A stretch of 64,000 bases of DNA from NCBI GenBank assembly GCA_028717685.1, contig JAQUNI010000001.1, positions 207,451-271,450 on the forward strand, written 5' to 3'. The notes under the pieces were generated by a model. That model made no database searches. It was given only the letters and a program-made list of their open reading frames with translations, and had not been told where the DNA came from. The stretch is from Patescibacteria group bacterium (lineage in GTDB: Bacteria; Patescibacteriota; JAQUNI01). The position numbers and the translations under genes are program-made. Of the stretch, positions 35,490 to 46,025 are shown piece by piece. Numbering within the stretch: position 1 is the stretch's first letter; every line of letters begins with the position of its first letter.

Positions 35490-36155
35490 ATGGCGCAAAG
35501 ACTGCGTCATAAAATCTCAATGTCTCAAAAAGTTTACAACTGGGATGCAGTTTCTGATTATCTGCGGGAAAACACGCAGGCAGGACTTCAAATAGCCGTG
35601 CTAGAGGCGGATAAAATTTTAATCGCCGTAATTCGAGATTTAAACTATCCTGGCAAAAATGGCGAGGAAAGGTTACTCTTAGCCCAAAAATTATTTTCTG
35701 ATTTTGACCGTGTCAAAAAAGCCCATCGGTTCGCGCAAAAAATCAGAAGAGAAATCGGTTTTTCTCTCACGCCAAAAACTACGGAAGAAATTCTCGCTGT
35801 TTACTACCAAGCTCTTCTAGACATCAAAGAACATTCTAATCCTCGTTTCAAACTTTTCGAAAAAATTGTTTTCTATTTTCAGAAAAGGATTTTGAAGACC
35901 AAAAAATTATTAAAATGGATCGGCATAGGCTTACCTCTTTTTCTTCTTGCCACCCTTTTCCTCGATAAAACCAAAATTGGTCATAAGATAGTGAAAACAG
36001 TGCTCGCGATTAATGATTTTATTTTCTCTTGGCTGATCATTTTAATCTTTCTTGCTGGTGGTATTATCGCCTTGACCTTCGGAAGCATCTGGTATTTTAA
36101 AACGCGCCACAAGATAGATATAGATATGGATATTAACATCAATAAACCCCATTAG
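35490..36155 (+). CDS. hypothetical membrane protein
   Basis: Two C-terminal TM helices; no family recognised. Confidence 0.4.
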   Translation: MAQRLRHKISMSQKVYNWDAVSDYLRENTQAGLQIAVLEADKILIAVIRDLNYPGKNGEERLLLAQKLFSDFDRVKKAHRFAQKIRREIGFSLTPKTTEEILAVYYQALLDIKEHSNPRFKLFEKIVFYFQKRILKTKKLLKWIGIGLPLFLLATLFLDKTKIGHKIVKTVLAINDFIFSWLIILIFLAGGIIALTFGSIWYFKTRHKIDIDMDININKPH

Positions 36156-36232
36156 ACCCTGTTAGAAATTTATTTCAAATGGAGCTAACGGTTTTCGCTG
36201 ACCCCGTTAGATAAGTAAACATCTAACGGGGT
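36153..36232. repeat. 'CCCCGTTAGA' palindromes (two copies) immediately upstream of dnaE
   Basis: ccctgttagaaatttatttc...gagctaacgg and ccccgttagataagtaaacatctaacgggg. Confidence 0.6.
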
Positions 36233-36254
36233 AAATAAAATAACACGCAGTTTT

Positions 36255-39200
36255 ATGTTCACCCACCTTCATACCCACTCCCACTATAGCCTTTTGGATG
36301 GTTTAATTAAAATTGATGATCTCGTGCAGATGGCTTCAAAAAACGGAATGAAAGCCCTTGCCTTAACCGACCATGGCGTAATGTATGGCGTGATTGAGTT
36401 TTACGAGAAAGCGCTAAGTGTAGGCCTAAAACCTTTAATTGGCGTTGAGGCTTATCTTGCTAATAATGGGATGACGGACAAGCGGCCCAATATTGATAAT
36501 AAGCAGTATCATTTAGTTTTAATCGCTAAAAACCAACAAGGCTATCAAAATTTAATTAAACTTACCACCCACGCGCATCTTGAAGGCTTCTATTACAAGC
36601 CGCGGATTGACCGCGAACTCTTAAAAAAACACAAGGGAGGTCTCATCGCTCTTTCCGCCTGTTTAAAAGGGGAAATCCCTAACGCGATTATGAATGGTGA
36701 CTTCAAGAAGGCTGAAGAGAGTGCTCTTTTTTATCAAAACACCTTTGGCGCAGGCAACTTCTATCTTGAACTCCAACATCACCCCAACATTCCCGAACAA
36801 GCCAAAGTCAACGCAGAGCTCGTTAAAATTTCCAAAAAGCATAACATCCCTCTGGTTGCCACAAACGATATTCATTATTTGGAAAAAACTGATGCCGAGG
36901 CTCAGGAAATTCTCCTCTGTCTGCAAAGTAAAAAAACCCTTCTTGACCAAAATCGTCCTCTTTCCATGATCGGCGACGACTTTTCTTTCACTCCTCCTAA
37001 ATTAATGGAGGAATATTTTCGCGACATTCCTGAGGCTCTAGAAAATACAGCTAAAGTAGCGAAGATGTGCAATCTCAATATCGCCTTAGGTCAAACCAAA
37101 CTCCCCCATTATCAAGTCCCATCCGGCACTAATCCAATTTCTTATCTTAGAAAACTTTGCCTGTCTGGTTTGCAAAAACGCTACCAAACGAATTATCAAA
37201 AGGCGCCACGCACAATTATAGAACGTTTAAACTACGAATTCTCCGTCATTGAAAAAACCGGCTTTGCCACTTATTTCTTAATTGTCCAAGATTTCGTGAA
37301 TTGGGCCAAGAACCATAATATTATTGTTGGTCCTGGACGGGGTTCGGCCGCCGGCTCCCTGGTTTCTTATCTTCTGAACATTACCGATATTGATCCGATC
37401 GCCCATGAACTATTGTTTGAACGCTTCTTAAATCCAGAAAGAATCTCTATGCCGGATATTGATTTGGACTTCGCGGATACCAGACGCGATGAAGTAATCG
37501 ATTATGTGCGCCAAAAATACGGCCAGGACCATGTAGCCCAAATTATCACTTTCGGAACAATGGCGGCGCGAGCAGCGATACGCGATGTGGGAAGGGTTTT
37601 TAGCTATCCTTACAGTTTTTGCGATCAAATCGCTAAAATGATCCCAATGTTCTTTTCGCTAGAACGAGCTCTCTCCACCGTCCCAGAATTAAAAACCGCT
37701 TACAAGCAAGACGAAAAAGTGAAGAAATTAATTGATACCGCAAAAAAATTAGAGGGAGTAGCGAGGCACGCTTCTACGCATGCCTGCGGCATCTTAATTA
37801 CTAAAGATCCCATTGATGAGGTCGCCCCTCGCCAGTATGCCTCCGCTTCTGATCAGACTATTGTGAGCCAATATGAGATGCACGCGATTGAATCCACGGG
37901 TCTTCTAAAGATGGATTTTCTGGGCTTGAAAAATCTGACTATTCTGGAAAACACCCTGAAAATCATTGAAAAAATCCGCAACGAAAATGTTGAACTTAAA
38001 AAAATCCCGATGGATGATCTCCGAACCTTTAAGCTGCTTGCCCAAGGTAAAACCACTGGCGTCTTTCAATTAGAGTCTTCAGGAATGAAACGATATTTGA
38101 AAGAGCTCCAACCCACGACGTTTGAAGATATAATAGCAATGGTTTCTCTCTATCGTCCTGGTCCCATGGAATGGATTCCCGATTATATCGCGGGAAAAAA
38201 AGGAAAGAAAAAAATTACTTATCTGCATCCTAAACTCAAACCGATTCTGGAAAAAACCTATGGCGTGGCCGTCTATCAAGAACAAGTTTTGCAAATCGCC
38301 CGAGATCTCGCTGGTTTTTCCTTGGGAGAAGCCGACATCTTGCGCAAAGCGGTAGGTAAAAAAATCCCAAAGCTGCTCGCCGAACAAAAAGAAAAATTTG
38401 TTCAAGGCTGCAAGCAAAATGGACTCTCACAAGACCTCGCGGAAAAAATCTTTTCATTTATTGAGCCTTTCGCAGGTTATGGTTTTAACCGCGCGCACGC
38501 AGCTTGTTATGCCCTCATCGGTTATCAAACCGCTTATTTAAAGACTCATTATCCTGCCGAGTTTATAGCCGCTCTATTAACCTCGGATCAGAGTAATACT
38601 GATCGGATCGCTATCGAAGTTGATGAATGTTCAAGCTTAGGAATTAAGGTCCTGCCGCCGGACATTAATGAGAGCTTCGCTAATTTTACCGTCGTCCAAC
38701 AAAAAGACAAAAAAGAAGTGATCCGTTTCGGACTTTCCGCTATTAAAAATGTGGGGGCTAACATCGTCGCCGAAATAATCAAGGAAAGAAAACAAAACGG
38801 CCCTTATCAAAATCTTGATGATTTTATTAAGAGAGTGCAGGATAAGGATTTAAATAAAAAATCGTTAGAAAGTCTTTCAAAATGCGGGGCGCTGGACAAA
38901 TTCGGCGAACGCAACCAAATACTTGCCAATACTGACAAGATTCTGCATTATGCCCGCGAGTATCGCCGCGTCAACGCCATTGGACAACGCGACTTGTTTG
39001 GAAATCTTTCTACCACCCAAGCGAATTTCTCCAGATTGCGCCTAGGAGAAGTCGCTACTGCTTCCAAGGAAGAAAAGCTAACATGGGAAAAAGATCTCTT
39101 GGGTCTCTACATCTCCCATCATCCCCTTGATGATTATCGCGAATACCTCGCTTATAAAACGACACCCATTCACGCTTTGAATCCTCTCCAGAAGAATGAT

Positions 39201-39761
39201 CTTGTGACTTTGGGAGGTATTATCACAAAAATCAAAAAAATTATCACTCGCAAGGGCGATCCTATGCTTTTTGTGACTTTAGAGGATTTATCTGACAAAA
39301 TAGAAATTCTCGTTTTCCCCCGCCTTCTAGCGCAAAACCCCACTCTTTGGCAGGAAAATAAAATTGTCCTTCTCTCGGGTAAACTCTCGGATAAAGACGG
39401 TGAACTAAAACTTCTCGCCGACAGCGCCTCTCACGTTACTAAGGAGATATTGACAGAATTTCAACAAAAAGTCAGAGAGCAAAAAATAGATCCAGATTCT
39501 GTGTTTGTGGCGAAACAAAAATGTCCAAAGGTCCAAATCAAACTGCCGCGAGCGGCGGATCGCGACCTGTTGATTAAGTTGAAACAATTCTTGGCCTCCC
39601 ACCCTGGATCCTGCCCGGTTTATCTTTCTATTCCTAATGGCAACCCCTCTTCCCCAGAACAAATCAAAACCGAGTTTAAGGTGGATCTGCAACAGAATGT
39701 AACCCAAGAATTAAAAAACTTTATGGGGGGAGAAAATGTGTCGGTAATCAGTAATCGGTAA
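36255..39761 (+). CDS. dnaE: DNA polymerase III alpha subunit
   Basis: PHP domain MFTHLHTHSHYSLLDG; polymerase core and OB-fold; 1168 aa. Confidence 0.95.
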   Translation: MFTHLHTHSHYSLLDGLIKIDDLVQMASKNGMKALALTDHGVMYGVIEFYEKALSVGLKPLIGVEAYLANNGMTDKRPNIDNKQYHLVLIAKNQQGYQNLIKLTTHAHLEGFYYKPRIDRELLKKHKGGLIALSACLKGEIPNAIMNGDFKKAEESALFYQNTFGAGNFYLELQHHPNIPEQAKVNAELVKISKKHNIPLVATNDIHYLEKTDAEAQEILLCLQSKKTLLDQNRPLSMIGDDFSFTPPKLMEEYFRDIPEALENTAKVAKMCNLNIALGQTKLPHYQVPSGTNPISYLRKLCLSGLQKRYQTNYQKAPRTIIERLNYEFSVIEKTGFATYFLIVQDFVNWAKNHNIIVGPGRGSAAGSLVSYLLNITDIDPIAHELLFERFLNPERISMPDIDLDFADTRRDEVIDYVRQKYGQDHVAQIITFGTMAARAAIRDVGRVFSYPYSFCDQIAKMIPMFFSLERALSTVPELKTAYKQDEKVKKLIDTAKKLEGVARHASTHACGILITKDPIDEVAPRQYASASDQTIVSQYEMHAIESTGLLKMDFLGLKNLTILENTLKIIEKIRNENVELKKIPMDDLRTFKLLAQGKTTGVFQLESSGMKRYLKELQPTTFEDIIAMVSLYRPGPMEWIPDYIAGKKGKKKITYLHPKLKPILEKTYGVAVYQEQVLQIARDLAGFSLGEADILRKAVGKKIPKLLAEQKEKFVQGCKQNGLSQDLAEKIFSFIEPFAGYGFNRAHAACYALIGYQTAYLKTHYPAEFIAALLTSDQSNTDRIAIEVDECSSLGIKVLPPDINESFANFTVVQQKDKKEVIRFGLSAIKNVGANIVAEIIKERKQNGPYQNLDDFIKRVQDKDLNKKSLESLSKCGALDKFGERNQILANTDKILHYAREYRRVNAIGQRDLFGNLSTTQANFSRLRLGEVATASKEEKLTWEKDLLGLYISHHPLDDYREYLAYKTTPIHALNPLQKNDLVTLGGIITKIKKIITRKGDPMLFVTLEDLSDKIEILVFPRLLAQNPTLWQENKIVLLSGKLSDKDGELKLLADSASHVTKEILTEFQQKVREQKIDPDSVFVAKQKCPKVQIKLPRAADRDLLIKLKQFLASHPGSCPVYLSIPNGNPSSPEQIKTEFKVDLQQNVTQELKNFMGGENVSVISNR

Positions 39762-39862
39762 TCAGTAATTAGTAAATAGTAATTGGCAAATCTGCATTAA
39801 AATAATTACCAGTTACCAATTACCAATCACTAATTACCAATTTACTATTATTCTTGCTAAAA
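39762..39862. repeat. heptad-repeat palindromic element (GTAATCA / TTACCAA arms) downstream of dnaE
   Basis: ggtaatcagtaatcggtaatcagtaattagtaaatagtaattgg ... ccagttaccaattaccaatcactaattaccaatttactatta. Confidence 0.65.
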
Positions 39863-39890
39863 ACATTATTTTTCTCTATAATAAGAGACA

Positions 39891-40304
39891 ATGCATATGC
39901 GCGACAACCGTTCTCTTTTAAAAATCACGCGGATCTTATGGCAAAAATATTTTTCCGATATTCCGATTAAAAACAACATTCTAATATTTTTTTCACGCCA
40001 TAATAAACGTGTTTTAGGTTCGATTAAATACGACCGCCAAAAGAGAACCACCTCTATCCGCCTCAATGGTTATTTTCAGGACGAAACAATTCCCCTTTAT
40101 GTTGTGATAGCAACCCTCGCCCACGAAATAGCTCATTATGCTCACGGCTTCTCTTCTCCGAGAAGACGGCTCTATCGCTATCCGCACGAAGGAGGAATTG
40201 TAAGGCGCGAGCTTCTCCAAAGGAATTTAGGTATTTTGGAAAAGGCATCTAGGAGATGGCTCAAAAAAAATTGGCTAAATTACCTAAAATCTTGCAACTT
40301 ATAA
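39891..40304 (+). CDS. putative HExxH zinc metalloprotease-like protein (SprT/DUF45-like)
   Basis: LAHEIAHYAHG motif; otherwise weak. Confidence 0.35.
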   Translation: MHMRDNRSLLKITRILWQKYFSDIPIKNNILIFFSRHNKRVLGSIKYDRQKRTTSIRLNGYFQDETIPLYVVIATLAHEIAHYAHGFSSPRRRLYRYPHEGGIVRRELLQRNLGILEKASRRWLKKNWLNYLKSCNL

Positions 40305-40370
40305 CGTGTAACTCAAGCATTTTCTTGTGTTATAAGTTACAAGTTATATGTTACAAGAATTTAACGGACT
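40293..40370. repeat. GTTACAA/GTTATAA heptad inverted-repeat element
   Basis: ttgcaacttataacgtgtaactcaagcattttcttgtgttataagttacaagttatatgttacaag. Confidence 0.65.
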
Positions 40371-40382
40371 TGGAATTGTTAA

Positions 40383-41543
40383 TTGTACGCTTCATACTTT
40401 AAGTTTTATGCAACTATGTATTTAGGTCGCATTGAATCTGGAAAATCATACAAGAAATTTTATCTTTTTTTCATTCTCTTGAGTATAGGATTAATAGGAG
40501 CAATTGTTTATATTACCTTTTCCCGAGCCACAATCATAATTACGCCGAAAAAGGTAACCTTTGAGACTAATTTTGAGGCTGAAGTTTTGGAAAATCCCAA
40601 TACAGAGAATGCTATACCCGGCAAAGTCCTTTCCCTAGAGCTGGAAGAATCAAGGCTGGTCACCACTAATGATAAAAAGGGGGTGGATGGACGCAGCCAT
40701 GGTCTCGTTACCATCTTTAATAAACGCGATAAGGATCAGCCTCTTCTCCCTAAAACACGCCTCCTTTCCGATTCTGGAATCCTTTTCCGCACAGACAAAA
40801 GAGCAGTCGTGCCTAGCGGAGGTCAAATAAATATTGAAGTCACGGCGGACAAAGAAGGAAAGGAAGGCAATATTGGACCAGAGCGTTTTACCCTCGTCAA
40901 CATTTGGAAAGGCTGGCGGGATAAACTCTATGCTGAATCTTATACTCCAATGACTGGGGGCTACACTGAAGTGCCATATATTTATGGTTCCACGATTGAT
41001 AAGGCTTTAGATATGCTAACTGAAGATCTTTACGCTAAAAATCTCACCGCTCTCCACCAAAGAGTCTCTTCTAGCGAAACCATTCTGGAAGGGGCGGTGA
41101 AGAATGAAATGTTGGAATTCTCTTCTTCGGTTGAGCCGGAGACACAAGCGGATAAGTTTATTATTAAAGCCAAAGTGAGAACTGTAGCGCTTGTTTGCAA
41201 TGAAGAAAAATTAAAAGATCTAGCCCAAAAACATCTGAAGAACGATGCTCCCCGCGACAAAGAATTCCTGGGTATTCAGTGGGATAGCTTTAATTACAAG
41301 CTTAAATCCTATGATTTAGAAAAAAAGACTGCCCTCGTTACCACCCACCTTGAGGGCGAATCCCGCGCGAAAATATCGGCAGATCTTCTTGAAAAACAGG
41401 AACTCGTTAGTCTGGACCGTTATGAAGTGAAAAAATATTTTGAACGTTTTGACGATGTGGGAGAGGCCGAAGTCTATTTCAAACCATTCTGGGTGCATAA
41501 AGTGCCTTCAATGTTGGATCATTTTGAGATCCAAGTTAAATGA
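40383..41543 (+). CDS. hypothetical membrane-anchored protein
   Basis: N-terminal TM (FYLFFILLSIGLIGAIVYITF); no family recognised. Confidence 0.45.
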   Translation: MYASYFKFYATMYLGRIESGKSYKKFYLFFILLSIGLIGAIVYITFSRATIIITPKKVTFETNFEAEVLENPNTENAIPGKVLSLELEESRLVTTNDKKGVDGRSHGLVTIFNKRDKDQPLLPKTRLLSDSGILFRTDKRAVVPSGGQINIEVTADKEGKEGNIGPERFTLVNIWKGWRDKLYAESYTPMTGGYTEVPYIYGSTIDKALDMLTEDLYAKNLTALHQRVSSSETILEGAVKNEMLEFSSSVEPETQADKFIIKAKVRTVALVCNEEKLKDLAQKHLKNDAPRDKEFLGIQWDSFNYKLKSYDLEKKTALVTTHLEGESRAKISADLLEKQELVSLDRYEVKKYFERFDDVGEAEVYFKPFWVHKVPSMLDHFEIQVK

Positions 41544-41753
41544 TAATTTTTAATTTTCAATTTCTAATTTTCATTAAATTTCCATTTACTTAATTTTTAA
41601 ACAAATAAAAATCAAATTCTCTTAACCCGCTTACCATAGAATCCGAAAGTTTAAAAATTATTTCATTAAAAATTTAATAAAAATTGCCACACCTAACGGG
41701 TGGTCACCCATTAGGGTGAAAAATTATAAATTAGAAATTTTATTTACATAAAT

Positions 41754-43526
41754 ATGCCTTTAAAAAACACAAACCGGCGTGAAGAACAAGAAAAAATTTT
41801 TAAGCTCTCTACCCTCCGCCATTCCGCGAGCCACATTCTCGCTGCCGCAGTTTTAGAATTATTTCCCGAGGCTCGTCTTGGAATGGGACCCGCGATAAGT
41901 GACGGGTTTTATTATGATTTTGAATTATCTCACTCCCTCACCCCGCACGATCTGCCAAAAATAGAAGAAAGAATGAGAACATTGATCCGCGCCAACAAAA
42001 AATTTGAGAGAAAAGAGATGCAAATTGATGCAGCGCTTAAAATGTTTCAAAAACTAAACCAAAGCTATAAAGCGGAACTCATTCAGGACTTGAAAAATAA
42101 GGGCGAAAAAACAGTCTTTCTCTATAAAACCGGTGATTTTACCGATTTATGCCGCGGACCGCATTTAAAATCCACCAATAAGCTGAAACCCAAGGCTTTC
42201 AAACTCACCAAGATTGCGGGCGCCTATTGGAAAGGGAATGAAAAAAATCCTATGCTGCAAAGAATCTACGGCACAGCCTTTAACAAACCGGAAAATCTTA
42301 AAAAGCATCTTGCAAATCTTGAAGAAGCGCGCAGACGAGACCATCGCAAACTCGGACAGGAATTAAATTTATTCAGCTTCCACCCCGAAGCTCCAGGCAT
42401 GGTTTTCTGGCACGCGGCTGGATGGACTATCTTTCAAGAGATTTTAAAATATTGGCGCGAAGAGCATAGAAAAGCTGGCTACCAAGAAGTGAGCACGCCT
42501 CTTATCCTCTCCAAGCGGCTTTGGCTTACTTCCGGTCACTTCGATCACTATAGGGAAAATATGTATTTTACTAAAATAGACAAAAAAGAATCCGCCGTCA
42601 AACCAATGAATTGTCCGGGAGGACTTTTAATCTATAACGAAACAATGCATTCTTACCGCGATTTCCCTTTAAAAATCGCGGAGGTTGGAGTGGTGCATCG
42701 CTATGAAAAAGGAGGAGTGCTCGCTGGCCTATTTCGGGTGCGTCAATTTACTCAAGATGATGCCCATATCTTTTGCACGGAAAAACAGGCGAAGGAAGCG
42801 GTAGGCGGCGTGATTGATCTCATTACTCATATCTATCGTGTTTTCGGCTTTAAGGATTATCATATTGAACTCTCTACCCGTCCTAAAAATTCTATTGGCA
42901 CTGAAGAGATGTGGCGCAAGGCGGAAGAAACCTTAAGTGAAATTCTGGAAGAGAAAAAGATTGATTATAAAGTGAATCCGGGCGATGGAGCTTTTTACGG
43001 ACCTAAAATTGACTTTCATATCAAAGATGCCTTGGGACGCACATGGCAATGCGGTACGATTCAAGTAGATTTTGCGATGCCTGAAGCTTTTCATTTATTT
43101 TACGTGGCACGCGATGGAGAGAAAAAAACTCCGGTAATGATTCATCGCACTCTCTTGGGCTCTATTGAGCGTTTCATCGGTATTTTGCTGGAACATTATG
43201 GAGGAATGCTGCCTCTATGGCTTGCTCCCACGCAAGTGGCGATCCTTCCCGTTTCCGAAGAAAAACATCGCGGCTACGCCAAAAATATTGCCCACTCCTT
43301 GCTTGATTACCATATTCGCGCCGTGATCAATAAAAACAAAGATTCTGTCAACCGCAAGGTCCACGACGCCGAGAAGCAAAGGATCCCTTATATTTTAGTT
43401 GTGGGCGATGCTGAAGAGAAAGACAAAATGGTCGCTGTGCGCACCCGCGGCTCGCAAAAGATTGAAAAGATGAAATTAGATGTATTTATCAAAACCATTT
43501 TGGAAAAAATTAAAATTAAACAATGA
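41754..43526 (+). CDS. thrS: threonyl-tRNA synthetase
   Basis: Class II aaRS motifs; ThrRS signature RDHRKLGQELNLFSF; C-terminal anticodon-binding domain. Confidence 0.9.
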   Translation: MPLKNTNRREEQEKIFKLSTLRHSASHILAAAVLELFPEARLGMGPAISDGFYYDFELSHSLTPHDLPKIEERMRTLIRANKKFERKEMQIDAALKMFQKLNQSYKAELIQDLKNKGEKTVFLYKTGDFTDLCRGPHLKSTNKLKPKAFKLTKIAGAYWKGNEKNPMLQRIYGTAFNKPENLKKHLANLEEARRRDHRKLGQELNLFSFHPEAPGMVFWHAAGWTIFQEILKYWREEHRKAGYQEVSTPLILSKRLWLTSGHFDHYRENMYFTKIDKKESAVKPMNCPGGLLIYNETMHSYRDFPLKIAEVGVVHRYEKGGVLAGLFRVRQFTQDDAHIFCTEKQAKEAVGGVIDLITHIYRVFGFKDYHIELSTRPKNSIGTEEMWRKAEETLSEILEEKKIDYKVNPGDGAFYGPKIDFHIKDALGRTWQCGTIQVDFAMPEAFHLFYVARDGEKKTPVMIHRTLLGSIERFIGILLEHYGGMLPLWLAPTQVAILPVSEEKHRGYAKNIAHSLLDYHIRAVINKNKDSVNRKVHDAEKQRIPYILVVGDAEEKDKMVAVRTRGSQKIEKMKLDVFIKTILEKIKIKQ

Positions 43527-43732
43527 CACCTTCAACAACTAAAGAAATGATACAAATTACAATTCAAAAGATTGAAGAATTTATCAAGATACAAGAAGAA
43601 ATAATTGAGTTCAGGCGCAAGGAAAGAAAATATTCGGAGAGTAAGCACAAGTGGTTAAAAATGGACAAAATCTGACAAATCAAGCACAATAAAATCGAGC
43701 TTCCCTAAAAACTCGATTTTATTATTACCAAA

Positions 43733-45115
43733 ATGCAAACCTATTTTTTAAAAACTTTCGGCTGCCAAATGAACCAGTCGGACGCGGAGCGGATTGCCGC
43801 GGTTTTAGAAAAAGCAGGGCTCACTTTATCTTCTGAAAAAGAAGCAGATATTTTAATCGCCAATGTTTGCGCGGTGCGGCAGCGAGCAATGGATCGGGTT
43901 TACGCCCTGGTGAATAAATGGCAAAAACGGAAAGATGCAAAAATTATCCTCACAGGCTGCATCTTAGAAAAAGATAAAAAATTGTTCTGCGATAAGGCGC
44001 ATGGTATTGTTCCCATAGGCGCGATTGCGAAACTGCCACAAATCATTAAAGATGGAGACGCGAAACATTGCATCTCTATAAAATCATATTTGGGAATAAA
44101 ACCAAAACATCATAATTCCTTTTCGGCTTATGTGCCGATTATGACCGGCTGCAATAATTTCTGCGCTTACTGCGTTGTCCCCTACACGCGAGGCAGAGAA
44201 ATTTCAAGACCGGCGGATGAAATTATAAAGGAGGTGCGAAGTCTTATAAAGATTGGATATAAAGAAATTATCCTGCTTGGACAGAATGTGAATTCATACC
44301 AGAGTAAACTCAAATGTCAAAACTCAAATGCCAAAACTACAACTCAAAACTCAAAACTAATAAATTTCCCAAAGTTATTGCAAATGATAGATAGCATAAC
44401 GGGTAATTTTTGGATTGGATTTATTACCTCGCATCCTAAAGATATGTCAGATAAGTTAATTAACACAATTGCGCGATGTAAAAAGGTTTGCAAATATATC
44501 CATTTACCAATCCAATCAGGAGATGATGGGATTTTGAAAAGGATGAACCGAAAATATACGGTTGCGCATTATTTGGGTTTAATAAAGAAAATCCGCTCCA
44601 GAATCCCGAAGGTGGCGATTTCCACGGATGTCATTGTCGGCTTTCCTGGCGAAACCAAAAAGCAATTTGAAAATACGGTCAAAGTTTTTAAAAAAGTAAA
44701 ATTTGATATGGCTTATATTGCCCAATATTCCCCGCGTCCTGGCACAGCCGCGGCGAAATTCAAAGATGACGTCAAAAGCCAAGAAAAAAAACGGAGATTT
44801 CAAATCTTAAATCAATTGCTCAAAAAGATTGCGCTGGAAAATAATCAAAAATTAGTGGGGAAAGAAATGGAAATTTTAGTGGAGCAATATGAGAAAGGAT
44901 ATTGCGTAGGAAAAACGCGCGCTTTTAAAAATGTGAAATTTAGAAATAATGGGAAGAAAAATTTGGAAGGTGAATTTGTGAAGATAAAAATCGCAAAAGC
45001 AACGGCGTGGGGATTAGAAGGGAATATTTCTCCCCTGACAAGGGGAGATAAGAGAGGGGTTAATAAAAAACCGCAAAATCTTTTTTTCAAGACTTTGCGG
45101 CAAAGAACGCAATGA
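43733..45115 (+). CDS. miaB: tRNA methylthiotransferase MiaB-like (radical SAM, MTTase family)
   Basis: N-terminal MTTase domain MQTYFLKTFGCQMNQSD; radical SAM CNNFCAYCVVP; TRAM domain; in-frame low-complexity insertion QSKLKCQNSNAKTTTQNSKL. Confidence 0.85.
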   Translation: MQTYFLKTFGCQMNQSDAERIAAVLEKAGLTLSSEKEADILIANVCAVRQRAMDRVYALVNKWQKRKDAKIILTGCILEKDKKLFCDKAHGIVPIGAIAKLPQIIKDGDAKHCISIKSYLGIKPKHHNSFSAYVPIMTGCNNFCAYCVVPYTRGREISRPADEIIKEVRSLIKIGYKEIILLGQNVNSYQSKLKCQNSNAKTTTQNSKLINFPKLLQMIDSITGNFWIGFITSHPKDMSDKLINTIARCKKVCKYIHLPIQSGDDGILKRMNRKYTVAHYLGLIKKIRSRIPKVAISTDVIVGFPGETKKQFENTVKVFKKVKFDMAYIAQYSPRPGTAAAKFKDDVKSQEKKRRFQILNQLLKKIALENNQKLVGKEMEILVEQYEKGYCVGKTRAFKNVKFRNNGKKNLEGEFVKIKIAKATAWGLEGNISPLTRGDKRGVNKKPQNLFFKTLRQRTQ

Positions 45116-45455
45116 GCTTTCTGCGAACAGTGAAAACTATATACGGTAGAAGGGTTGAAAACCTATGCCAAGAGAATTGAATTCTATATGGCATAAGAAT
45201 TAAAAACTCATATGCTCTATTGAGTAATATTACCTGACCAGAAGAATGGATAATCTTTTTCTCCCCCGAAGAGAGAATAGTCATTTTTAAAGATCCTTCA
45301 TGTTCACTGTGAACAAACAGAACAACACCAATTTGTCCGGTTTCAATAATACGAACTAATCTTCCGGGCTTGATCTCGTGCTGATTTTTATCCAGAGCAA
45401 CCCCATACAAATCATTATAATCTTTTTGACTCCCGGCATTAAACACTCTTCTCAT
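45087..45455 (-). CDS. hypothetical protein (122 aa)
   Basis: ORF overlapping the miaB 3' end by ~29 nt; no family recognised. Confidence 0.35.
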   Translation of the reverse strand: MRRVFNAGSQKDYNDLYGVALDKNQHEIKPGRLVRIIETGQIGVVLFVHSEHEGSLKMTILSSGEKKIIHSSGQVILLNRAYEFLILMPYRIQFSWHRFSTLLPYIVFTVRRKLIAFFAAKS

Positions 45456-45473
45456 ACCTCAAGCTCCTTTCTA

Positions 45474-46022
45474 TTAAATCCAGCCTTTATACCAATAATA
45501 GCCAACGGTTGGGATTTCACGCAACCACCAGTAATAGTTGTTGCGTGTCCACCATTGGGCAGAAAAGGGATTGAAAGGGATAGTCTTTAAACTACCGAAG
45601 ACCGCAGTTTCTATCCCGAGTTTTTCTAAACACTTTGCGCAACGCCAGACGTGGTCAGGGTGAGCAACTACAATTGCCTTAGTCCAATCTTGCTTTTTCA
45701 TAAATTCTGCGGCCTGCCGAGCAAATTCATAAGTGTCTAGGTATTTTCCCGGGACACTGTGTTCTTTGATATTTAAAACTATATTACCAGACATACTATA
45801 GAAATCCAGACACTCGACAATTTCAACTTGGCAAATTATCGGTATTTGCGTATATCCGCCCATGCCATAAGCAATGCAATAAATTTTTTCAGCGATTTTT
45901 TGATTACTAATTCCTGGACCAGGTTTAATGTATTCCTCTTGCGGATCATTATATCCAAAAGCAAAAGCGATAATACAATGATATTTGATAGCTCCGCCAT
46001 TTATCTTAAACAATCCACTCAC
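45474..46022 (-). CDS. DUF218 (YdcF/ElyC-like) domain protein
   Basis: AIVVAHPDHVWRCAKCLEKLGIE resembles the DUF218 'H.pR' motif; pattern recognition only. Confidence 0.4.
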   Translation of the reverse strand: MSGLFKINGGAIKYHCIIAFAFGYNDPQEEYIKPGPGISNQKIAEKIYCIAYGMGGYTQIPIICQVEIVECLDFYSMSGNIVLNIKEHSVPGKYLDTYEFARQAAEFMKKQDWTKAIVVAHPDHVWRCAKCLEKLGIETAVFGSLKTIPFNPFSAQWWTRNNYYWWLREIPTVGYYWYKGWI

Positions 46023-46025
46023 CTC

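Noticed and set aside
36663-39707. Several short ORFs on both strands inside dnaE
   Set aside because: Embedded in or antisense to a 1168-aa conserved polymerase gene; no independent support.
41545-41753. T-box riboswitch upstream of thrS
   Set aside because: Region has hairpins (cctaacgggtgg...cacccattaggg), but I could not find the T-box consensus AATTAGGGTGGNACCGCG or a specifier-loop arrangement. It looks like another heptad/palindrome element.
45087-45455. Possible toxin-antitoxin or defence pair among the small unknown genes between miaB and miaA (45087-46933)
   Set aside because: No recognisable nuclease/toxin motifs; the products look like a DUF218 protein, a lipoprotein and two unknowns; insufficient evidence.
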